DNA from: an uncultured delta proteobacterium
GTDB lineage: Bacteria; Myxococcota_A; Polyangia; Palsa-1104
Reading direction: 5' to 3'
NCBI GenBank assembly: GCA_963785725.1
Contig: CAWAWS010000003.1
Location: 416,001-480,000 of the forward strand
DNA length: 64,000 bases
The position numbers and the translations under genes were made by a program. Positions 1 through 8,232 of the stretch are shown here, piece after piece. Within the stretch, counting starts at the first letter, position 1; every line of letters starts with the position of its first letter. The notes beneath the pieces were generated by a model. The model did not search any database. It was not told the DNA's origin and worked only from the letters and a program-made list of their open reading frames with translations.

Positions 1-2171
1 GTCCCGTCGGCGGCGATGGGCGCGCACTCGACGGCGCCGCCGAACGCGCACAGCCCGTTGCCGATCACGGCCAGCGTGCGCAGCCCGGCCGTCTGCAGCA
101 CCGCCGTCTGCGTCTGAAAGGGGCCGAGCGTGTTGTCGGCGCCGATCGCCGCCGCCTCTACGCTGGTCAGCTGCTTCTTGGGCGACGATTGGTCGAGGCC
201 GCCGACGACGTAGACGAAGTTTCCGACGACGGCGCTGCTCGTGCCCGAGCGCGGCGTCTGCAGCGCCAGCCCGGCGACGGGCGCGAAGCTGCCCAAGCTG
301 CCGTCGGCGCCGATGGTGGCCAGCTCGACGTCGGCGCCGCTGGCGTTGCCGCCGATGGCGTAGACGTTGTTGCCGGCGACGGCGAATCCGAAGTTGCTGC
401 GCGCGACGGTGAGCCCGAGCGCGTTGCCGGCGGGGCTGGCGAAGGCGCCGATCGCGCCCGAGCCGAGCAGCACGCGCTCGGTCGAGCTGAAGGAGCCGGT
501 GGCGCAGTTTTCGCAGCGGCAGTCGCCGAACCCGTTGCCCAGCATGTAGTAGTAGTCGCCGATGAGCGTGCCGTAGCCGAAGGAGGTCGTCGGCGCGCTG
601 TAGACGGTGCTGAAGTTGCCGACGGTGCCGTCGCTGTTGATGGGCGCGGAGAAGATGCCGTTGCCCATCTTCCACAGCTTGCCGCCGAGGACGATGACGC
701 TGGCGCCGGTGCTGGTGAACGGCAGGATGCCACCGGCGCTCTTGAAGGCTCCGAGCGTCCCGTCGGCGGCGATGGGGGCGTACTCGACCGTCGACACGTC
801 CTGCATGTCGCTGAGCACGGTGTCGCCACCGACGACGTACAGATAGTTGCCGCTGACCGTGACGCCGAAGGCCGTGCGCGCGACGGTCATGCTGACGCCG
901 GCGTCCTCGAACGCGCCGAGCGTGCCGTCGGCGCCGATGGGCGCGCGCTCGACGGTGGCCAGCTGCGGCGCCGGCGCGCACCACGCGCCGCTGAAGCCGC
1001 CGAGGACGTAGACGTAACCGCCGATGACGACGCTCTGGTGACCGAAGCGCGGCTTGAGCATCTGCAGACCGCTGACGGCGCTGAACGCGCCCAGCGTGCC
1101 GTCGGCGGCGATGGGCGCGCGCTCGATGGTCGGCTCGGCCGTCAGCCCGGCGTTGCGTCCGCCGAGCACGTAGACCCAGCTGCCGGTTCGCACGGCCGTG
1201 CCCCAGCCGCGTGCCGTCACCAGCGTCGTCGTCAGCGTCGTGAAGCCGCGCAGCGCGCCGTCGCCGTCGATGCGCGCCTCTTCAATCGAGGTCAGCGGCG
1301 CCTCGCTCTTGTTTTCGCCGCCCAAGAGCCAGACGCGGTCGGGCATGGTGATGCCGCCGGCGCCCCAGCGCGGCGTGTTCAGCGTGGGCGTTTGGCGCGC
1401 GTAATTGGCCTGCTCGTAGAGGCCACGGAACGTCTGCGGCGCCGGCGCGTACGCGGCGTGGTTGAACGCCGTCGCGTTGGTGGTGCTGCCGTTGCTGGTG
1501 ACGGTCAGGAGGCCCGAGCCGGACGCGGCCGGCACGACCACCGAGATGCGCGTCGGGCCGAGCACGTTGGCAGGCGCGGTGGCGCCGCCGGGGAAGTTGA
1601 CGGTGGCGCTGGCGCCGAAGCGTCCCTCGAGCGCGATGACGTCGCTGGTGGCGCCGAACGGCGGATAGAGCGCGTTGACGACGCAGGCGCTGCCGCAGTC
1701 GATCGTGCCGCCGCAGCCGTCGGAGATCTGGCCGCACGAATCGGCCGCGCTGCAGCTGGTGGCGGCCACGCAGGCGTCCATCGTCGCCATTCCGCCGTCG
1801 CCGCTCCTGCCCTTGGCGAAGTCGAGGCTGAGCGTGCCGCAGCTGCTGTCGAGCGTGATCGCGCCGCCGATCGTCGCCAGCGTCGCGCCGCCGGCCAGCG
1901 CTGCGACGGTGACCGCGACGCTCTGCCGGCTCGGATAACCGTGCGGGAAGGTGACCTCGATCGAGCCGTGCTTGCGGCCGTCGAGCGCGATCTGATGGTT
2001 CATGGCAATGCCGCCGGAAATGGCGATGGCGATCGACAGCGAGTCGGCGCTGGCGGCGGCGCCGTCGACGGTGACCGTGACGAGCAGCGTGTGATCCTTG
2101 CAGCTGCGCGTGCCGCAGCCGGCGTTGGCGACGAGGAGGACGAGCGCGAAGGTGGTGGCGAGGCTGCGCAT
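1..2171 (-). CDS. Kelch-repeat lipoprotein with Cys-rich and IPT/TIG-like segment (3' end runs off the window; absent from the ORF track)
   Basis: ATG at 2171 overlaps the TAA of the upstream TPR gene. Manual translation gives MRSLATTFALVLLVANAGC (lipobox), then repeats of VYVLGG...ERAPIAADGTLGAF. The same frame reads as Kelch repeats at position 1. Confidence 0.85.
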   Translation of the reverse strand, partial: MRSLATTFALVLLVANAGCGTRSCKDHTLLVTVTVDGAAASADSLSIAIAISGGIAMNHQIALDGRKHGSIEVTFPHGYPSRQSVAVTVAALAGGATLATIGGAITLDSSCGTLSLDFAKGRSGDGGMATMDACVAATSCSAADSCGQISDGCGGTIDCGSACVVNALYPPFGATSDVIALEGRFGASATVNFPGGATAPANVLGPTRISVVVPAASGSGLLTVTSNGSTTNATAFNHAAYAPAPQTFRGLYEQANYARQTPTLNTPRWGAGGITMPDRVWLLGGENKSEAPLTSIEEARIDGDGALRGFTTLTTTLVTARGWGTAVRTGSWVYVLGGRNAGLTAEPTIERAPIAADGTLGAFSAVSGLQMLKPRFGHQSVVIGGYVYVLGGFSGAWCAPAPQLATVERAPIGADGTLGAFEDAGVSMTVARTAFGVTVSGNYLYVVGGDTVLSDMQDVSTVEYAPIAADGTLGAFKSAGGILPFTSTGASVIVLGGKLWKMGNGIFSAPINSDGTVGNFSTVYSAPTTSFGYGTLIGDYYYMLGNGFGDCRCENCATGSFSSTERVLLGSGAIGAFASPAGNALGLTVARSNFGFAVAGNNVYAIGGNASGADVELATIGADGSLGSFAPVAGLALQTPRSGTSSAVVGNFVYVVGGLDQSSPKKQLTSVEAAAIGADNTLGPFQTQTAVLQTAGLRTLAVIGNGLCAFGGAVECAPIAADG

Positions 2172-2785
2172 TAGTTACCCGTCACCGAGCCGAACGTCGG
2201 CGTCGGATTCTTGGAGGTGCCGAGCACGACGCCGAGCGTGACGCCGGCGACCACGACGACGGCGGCGCCGCCGACCACGCCCCAAAACCAGGCGCGCCGC
2301 ACGAGCGGCTTGGGCGGCGGCGCCGTCACGACCACCATCGGCGTGGCCGCGGGGCTCGAAGCAGACGCCGCGCTAGCAGCTGACGGCTCGGACGATTCGG
2401 CATGTGGCAGCACCATCGTCGTCGGCGGAGCGTTCACCGAGCTCTTGTCGGCCTCGATCGAGCGGCGCAGATTGAGCACCAGCCGCGTGACGTCGTCGCG
2501 GTTCTCGATCTGCGCGCCGAAGACGTTGAGGTAGCTCTCGTAGAGCTGCAGCGCGCGCTCTTTGTGGCCGGCGAGACGATGCGCCTGGGCGGCGTTATAG
2601 AGCAGCGCCGCGTCGGGCTTGCGCTTGAAGGCGCTCTCGTATTCGACGGCCGCCAGGGCGTAGTCGCCGAGCGCGTAGGCCGACGTGCCGCGCTCGAAAT
2701 GCAGCTTGGCTTCGGCAGCGTCGCCTTCGGCGGCATGAGCAAACGCAGGAAGCAGGACCAAGGCGAGCACGCAGAGACTCTTCAC
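2171..2785 (-). CDS. Tetratricopeptide-repeat protein with signal peptide and C-terminal TM helix
   Basis: AKLHFERG..AY..GDY..A..EYE.AF...PDAALLYNAAQAHRL TPR pattern. C-terminal RRAWFWGVVGGAAVVVVAGV tail is typical of myxobacterial TPR proteins. Confidence 0.85.
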   Translation of the reverse strand: MKSLCVLALVLLPAFAHAAEGDAAEAKLHFERGTSAYALGDYALAAVEYESAFKRKPDAALLYNAAQAHRLAGHKERALQLYESYLNVFGAQIENRDDVTRLVLNLRRSIEADKSSVNAPPTTMVLPHAESSEPSAASAASASSPAATPMVVVTAPPPKPLVRRAWFWGVVGGAAVVVVAGVTLGVVLGTSKNPTPTFGSVTGN

Positions 2786-3186
2786 GCGCGCGAGCCTATC
2801 ACGTCACGCCGGCCCACCAAGTTCGCGCGCGCCACGACGGCCGCGCGGCGATGACGGCGCAGGCGCTCGAGGATACTCTGCTGAAGAATACCTCTGCGTT
2901 GCGCACGCTGATTCGCAGCTCCCACTGACGGCGAGTGATCATTCCATTAAGTGCGAGTCTCGACGGAGCGTGCGGAGCGGATATGAATCACGCGCGATTG
3001 ATAGCGATTGCCCTTTTGTTGATGATGGCAAGAGCGGTAGCCGCGAAAGAGGCGGGAGCGCGTGTTACTGGACCGTCTCCTCTAACATCGAAGGTTGGCA
3101 GGCTACTGATAAACGCAGTTACAAGCGCGGACTCCAGCTGTGCAGGACAGACCTGAGCTCGCTTCTTAAGGCTCGGGCCGATGTCA

Positions 3187-4266
3187 TCAAGGGAGCGTCG
3201 TCTGAAAGCCCGATAGGCCGCTTGCGACTTCGTCGAGGAACGGTCGATAGCGCGCGTCACCATCGACGGTGAACTTGATCCACGAGACGGCATACTGTCC
3301 CGGAATCGTACCGGGCAGCAGCGCCGCCTGGTGAGTGCCGCCGGCGATCTCGACATACTCCTTGGAGATGCTCGCCGACATCGAGTTGTATTGCCGAAGG
3401 CCGTGCTGCGCCGGCGGCGCGGTCGTATCGTTCTGTCCCGTCAAGATGAGCGTCGGCGCCACGATGCTGGTGAAGTTGGTAATCGGGTCATAAGGATTGA
3501 AGCCGAGCGCCGCTTTGACATCGAGCGGATGGTCGTTCGCGATGCTGATCGACGCGCCGCCGCCCAGTGAATGGCCCGAGGTGACGATGCAATCGGAGAG
3601 CTTGCCCAAAAGTGGGCTGCCCGCACGCGTGTTCTCGCCTTTGATGGAGGCGATGGCCGCCCACAGGCCGTCTTCGCGCATGCCTTCGGTGTCGGTATCG
3701 GTGCTGTTGGCTTCGACGAACACGGCCACGTAACCGTACGACGCGAAGCGCTGCGCCCACGGCTGCAGATACAAGAGCACCTCCGTCAGCCCGGGCGAGA
3801 TCATGACGACGACGAAGGGACCGGTTCCGTTGGTCGGATAGAAGACCGTCAGGCTCTTGTACAGCGTCGAGGTGGGCAGCCCCGTCGAATAGGAGGTCAC
3901 TGCGAGCGGGCCGTCGTTGACGATCGAAGCCGCCGTCGGCGCCACGCTGTCGAGCGCGGCCCCGCATTTGCTGAGCCCCGTCGCGCCGCCGTCGACGGGA
4001 CCGCCGCCGCCGCTGTCGACGCTGCCGGCGTCGTTGGGCCCGCTCGATCCGCCAGCCGACCCGCCGCCGCCGGCCACGCCGCCACCGCCGCCGGCCACGC
4101 CGCCACCGCCGCCGCCCGTGCCGCCGCCACCGCCGTTTCCGCCGGTGCCTGGCGGCTGTGTTCCCGTGCCGCCGCCGCTCGGCATCTTGCCCACGTCTTG
4201 ATTCGCGCTCGAGCAGCCCACGACGATCGCCAGCAAGCCAAATGAGAGATAACCGCGAAACGACAT
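3187..4266 (-). CDS. Cutinase/PETase-like alpha/beta hydrolase lipoprotein
   Basis: RBS GGAGG at 4277-4273 and ATG at 4266. Lipobox IVVGC and Gly-rich linker, followed by SPGLT, GHSLGG, NPYD, GQNDTTAP, IAGGTH and SWIK...DGDARY motifs. Confidence 0.85.
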   Translation of the reverse strand: MSFRGYLSFGLLAIVVGCSSANQDVGKMPSGGGTGTQPPGTGGNGGGGGTGGGGGGVAGGGGGVAGGGGSAGGSSGPNDAGSVDSGGGGPVDGGATGLSKCGAALDSVAPTAASIVNDGPLAVTSYSTGLPTSTLYKSLTVFYPTNGTGPFVVVMISPGLTEVLLYLQPWAQRFASYGYVAVFVEANSTDTDTEGMREDGLWAAIASIKGENTRAGSPLLGKLSDCIVTSGHSLGGGASISIANDHPLDVKAALGFNPYDPITNFTSIVAPTLILTGQNDTTAPPAQHGLRQYNSMSASISKEYVEIAGGTHQAALLPGTIPGQYAVSWIKFTVDGDARYRPFLDEVASGLSGFQTTLP

Positions 4267-4953
4267 CATCAACCTCCGTGACGATAAACGTCGTGGATGA
4301 GCGCCATCGCGAGCGACCGCACTCACGACGCTCGGGATTCCTGCCGCCTTCGCGCGCTCGGGCCACAGCTGCCCGCGAGGGCATGCCCGCCGCGCGCGAG
4401 ACGTGCGAGCGGGTAACTGCAACCGACGCGCCGCAGCCGTCTGCCGTCCCAATGGCGGCGAAAACGCCCTGAATGCTCGTATCTATTCGCCGCTGCTGAC
4501 TGCAGGTTGCGGTTGCCAACGGCGAGTCCCAGGGCGTACCGCCGCGCTCTCGAGGCACGACGCCTCGTCGGCGCCAACGCGGCAGCGGCGTAGCGTGGCC
4601 GCTCTACGACCGACCGCGCAGTGTCCGCGCGCGCTGCTCTGCCCGCGGCCCGCCGCGCCGTTCTGCGAGCATAAGAAAGAGGAAATGCGACGTAACCCGC
4701 AGCGCGGTCATGGCGCGTCGCTGCAGCCACCTCTATAAAGGAACCGACTAGATTAGCGTCTGCTTCGGCGCTTGCAGCTTTCGATGCAATGAGACCGCGG
4801 AGCGACAGACAGCGTCATAGCGGCTGCGGTCCGCGCGCTGCGTCTGGCGCGCGGCAGCTTCGACGGCGGTCAGCGCGGGTTGGCGCGGCGCGACGATTTG
4901 CGCCGCGCGGCCGGCTCCAGCAAGATCGTGCCCATCCATTCTCCGAGGTGATC

Positions 4954-5349
4954 ATGAAACTTCCCGACGGATTCGTGGCGCTGATGCGCAAGCCCAGCCC
5001 CTGCTTCATCACGACGCTGATGCCCGACGGCTCGCCGCAGACGACCGAGACATGGGTCGACACCGACGGCGAGCACGTCATCATCAACACCGTGCAGACG
5101 CACTTGAAGACGAAGAACATCGCCCGCGACCCGCGCGTCGCCGTCGCCGTCTGCGACCCCGCCGACACGTCGCAGTACTATGCCATCCGCGGCCGCGTCA
5201 TCCACGTCACCACCGACGGCGGCGTCGAGCACATCGAGAAGCTGGCGCAGCGCTACACCGGCGCGCCCTACGCGTGGTACGGCGGCCGGGATCAAGTGCG
5301 CATCATCCTGACGATCGTCGCTGACCACATCCACAGCATGGCCCGCTGA
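4954..5349 (+). CDS. PPOX-class probable F420-dependent oxidoreductase (split beta-barrel)
   Basis: TLMPDGSPQTT.TWV, K.KNIARDPRVAVAV and IEKLAQRYTG motifs. RBS GAGG precedes ATG 4954. Confidence 0.85.
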   Translation: MKLPDGFVALMRKPSPCFITTLMPDGSPQTTETWVDTDGEHVIINTVQTHLKTKNIARDPRVAVAVCDPADTSQYYAIRGRVIHVTTDGGVEHIEKLAQRYTGAPYAWYGGRDQVRIILTIVADHIHSMAR

Positions 5350-5527
5350 GCGACGGCGCCGACCGGCGAAGAGAATAGGCCGCTTCGCGCTCCATGGTGC
5401 CGAAGGCTTCGCGCGGTCCGAATGTCGCCAGCGATGTCACTCGCGACGCGCTCGACCTGGAGAACCGTCATTCTTTTGTTTAGTTTATTTTGTATTTCAG
5501 CTATCATTGACGGACTGCCCTAATCTG

Positions 5528-6556
5528 ATGAGAGTCCAACGAGCTGCCGGCGTTCTTCTCGTCCTCCTAGCTGCGACCGCCGTCGGGCGAGCGGAGCCGG
5601 TGACGCTTCGCATGGCGGCCATCGCGCCAGACGGCACGACGTGGGCTCACGAGATTCGGACCTTCTCGCGCGACGTCGAGACCGAGAGCCGCGGCGAGGT
5701 CCGGCTGAAGTGGTATCTCGGTGGCATCGCCGGCGACGAGCTCACGGCACTCGATCGCGTGCGCCACGGCCAGCTCGACGGCCTCGCCGGTGCCAGCTTC
5801 TGCGACCACCTCGCGCCGTCGATGAGCGTCATCCGCGTCGCGGGATTATTCGAGAGCCGCGACGAAGTGGCTTTTGTGCTCGGCCGACTCAAGCCGCTGC
5901 TCGACGAAGAGGCGCGTCGCGGCGGCTTTGCCAATCTGGCCGACAGCGTCTTCGGCGCCGATTTGATCTTCTCGCGGCGGCCGATTCGCACGATGGCGGA
6001 GCTGGCGGCAACGCGCTGGTGGATGTGGGATCAGTCGCCGGTCTGGCTGCATATGTTGGCGACGCTGCACTGGCAAGTCCAACCCGCGACGGTGGACGAT
6101 CTGGTGCCGCTCTACGACAAAGGCGCCGTCGACGGATTCATGGTGCCGCCGGGCGCGGCGCTCGCGTATCAGTGGTCGACGATGGCGGTCTATATGACGC
6201 CGCTCGAGACGGCGTGGCTTCCCGGCTGCGTGATGATCTCCAACGCGGCGATGGACCCCTTGCCGGTCGAGCAGCAGCGCGCGATCCGGAGCGCCGCGGC
6301 CAAATTTCGCGTGCGCTGGAATGACGCCACCGAGCAGCTCGACCACGCCCTCGTCGACGGTCTGTTCGAGAAGCAGGGGCTGCAACGCATCGCCGTGACG
6401 CCGCAGCTTCGGGCGGATTTCGCTGCCGCGATGAAGTTGGCGCGGGCGAAGCTGGAAGAAGCTCAAGTGCCGAGCGCGAGCCTGTCGCAGGTGGAGAAGC
6501 TGCTCGAGGAGTATCGCGCCAGCCGAAAGCAGAGCCGCGCGCCGACCCCGCATTGA
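5528..6556 (+). CDS. dctP: TRAP transporter substrate-binding protein
   Basis: Signal peptide, LRMAAIAPDGTTW, and GGIAGDE...LDRVRHGQLDG motifs. Start may be at 5507. Confidence 0.85.
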   Translation: MRVQRAAGVLLVLLAATAVGRAEPVTLRMAAIAPDGTTWAHEIRTFSRDVETESRGEVRLKWYLGGIAGDELTALDRVRHGQLDGLAGASFCDHLAPSMSVIRVAGLFESRDEVAFVLGRLKPLLDEEARRGGFANLADSVFGADLIFSRRPIRTMAELAATRWWMWDQSPVWLHMLATLHWQVQPATVDDLVPLYDKGAVDGFMVPPGAALAYQWSTMAVYMTPLETAWLPGCVMISNAAMDPLPVEQQRAIRSAAAKFRVRWNDATEQLDHALVDGLFEKQGLQRIAVTPQLRADFAAAMKLARAKLEEAQVPSASLSQVEKLLEEYRASRKQSRAPTPH

Positions 6557-6682
6557 GCAAACAAGCGCGTTCGATCGTGTCTTCAGGCTATCGCCAACAA
6601 TGTGACCCAGCTCTCAGGGCGTGGCGGTCTCCGTGGCGCGGGCGACGCCAGCTCGGCTATGCTGCGCGATGGAGGCACGATC

Positions 6683-8041
6683 GTGCGGATTGCATTGTTG
6701 CTGTTGCTGACGCCGGCGCTGGCGTTCGCGGAGTCGGCGAAGAGCGAGCTGCCGCCGGCGGCCGTATTCGCGCGGGTGGCGCCGTCGATGGTGGTGGTGG
6801 AGACCGTGCTCGCCGACGGCAAGAGCCAGGGCTCGGGCGTGGTCGTCGCGCCGCAGATCGTCGTCACCAACTATCATGTCATCGCCGGCAACATCGCCAT
6901 CAGCGTGCAGCAGGGCGAGCGCAAATGGCCAGCCAAGCTGGAGGCGTTCGATATCAAGCACGACCTGGCGCTGCTTCGGGTGAGCGAGATCGACCTGCCC
7001 CGCGTCTCGCTGCGTCCGTCGACGGCGGTGAACGTCGGCGAGCGGGTCTACGCCGTGGGAGCGCCACACGGGCTCGAGCTCAGCCTGTCAGACGGCCTCG
7101 TGGCAGCGCTGCGCAGCACGGACAGCAGCACGCCGCCCAAAACGGACGCGCCGTCACGCATTCAGACCACCGCGCCGGTCTCGCCGGGCTCGAGCGGTGG
7201 CGGCCTGTTCGATGCGCAAGGGCGCCTCATCGGCATCATCACCTTCACGTCGGTCGGCGGGCAGAACCTCAACTTCGCGCATCCGACCGAATGGATCAAC
7301 GAGCTGCGCGGCGTCACCGCCACCACCGCCACCGCACGTGCGCCGGCGCTGTACGGCGTCAGCAGTCGACCGGCCCGGCTCGGCTGCCGCATCGACACCA
7401 GCTCGGTCTGGGGACTCTTCAGCGGCGGCGCCGAGCTGCTGGTGTCGAAGCCGGTGCGCGACAGCTGGTACTTCGACCAATTGAAGAGCCAGACGCCGAG
7501 CTTTCACCGCGAGTCCGATCAGCAATTCGACTCCGAGGAGCTGGTGCTGGCCGACCTGAACCGGCCGGCTGGGTTCGTCAGCTTCGTGCCCGAGACGAGG
7601 CATACGAGCGATCGGATCTTCTTCTTCACCGTCGACGATGACGGCCGCTTCCGCATCACGTTCGTCGAACCGTTCGATTTCCACGGGCAGCTGCGCGTAC
7701 GCGCGACGTCTGGCGCCTGCGACGAGGTGACCGCGAACGACCCGCGCGTCGTCGCCTCCAACCTCGCGACGGCCGACGAACGCTGCGAGCACGGCGACCT
7801 CGAGGCGTGTGTGATGCGCGCCAAGGAGACCGAGGCGCGCGACCGCGTCCACGCGTTGCGGCTCTACATGCACGCCTGCGAGCTGGCGCATCCCGACACG
7901 GAGGCGCTCCGTCAAGCCGGCGCGCGCGCCTGCACCGAGGCCGGCCGCGTCTGCACCGCGCTCGGATACGCCGCTCGCGCCGAGGAGTACCAAAAGCGGG
8001 CGCGCGTGCTCTCCGCCGCCCCCGCGTCGCCCGCTCACTGA
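6683..8041 (+). CDS. Secreted trypsin-like (S1C) serine protease with C-terminal Sel1-like repeats
   Basis: Triad motifs VTNYHV, HDLALL and PGSSGG. C-terminal CEHGDLEAC/ACEL/AC repeats. GGAGG at 6671 precedes GTG 6683. Confidence 0.8.
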   Translation: MRIALLLLLTPALAFAESAKSELPPAAVFARVAPSMVVVETVLADGKSQGSGVVVAPQIVVTNYHVIAGNIAISVQQGERKWPAKLEAFDIKHDLALLRVSEIDLPRVSLRPSTAVNVGERVYAVGAPHGLELSLSDGLVAALRSTDSSTPPKTDAPSRIQTTAPVSPGSSGGGLFDAQGRLIGIITFTSVGGQNLNFAHPTEWINELRGVTATTATARAPALYGVSSRPARLGCRIDTSSVWGLFSGGAELLVSKPVRDSWYFDQLKSQTPSFHRESDQQFDSEELVLADLNRPAGFVSFVPETRHTSDRIFFFTVDDDGRFRITFVEPFDFHGQLRVRATSGACDEVTANDPRVVASNLATADERCEHGDLEACVMRAKETEARDRVHALRLYMHACELAHPDTEALRQAGARACTEAGRVCTALGYAARAEEYQKRARVLSAAPASPAH

Positions 8042-8232
8042 CGTCGCGCTGCTGCTCGGCGTGAGTCGGCAACGCAGCTTGCGGCTCGAAGGTGCCGCGC
8101 TGCGCCGCGACTGACGATCCCCGCGCTGCGTTGCTGCCGAGCTCATCTTCTACAGTGACCGTGTGACGAGTGGCGACCTGTTTTCGCGGAGGTCTGATTG
8201 ACACCCGCGCGCGTCGTCCGACAACGGTCGCC

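Noticed and set aside
189..2174. 661-aa plus-strand ORF
   Set aside because: Antisense shadow of the minus-strand Kelch lipoprotein.
2983..3156. Short signal-peptide-like ORF (MNHARLIAIALLLMM...)
   Set aside because: Only 57 codons with no recognisable domain. Possibly a gene remnant, but not supportable.
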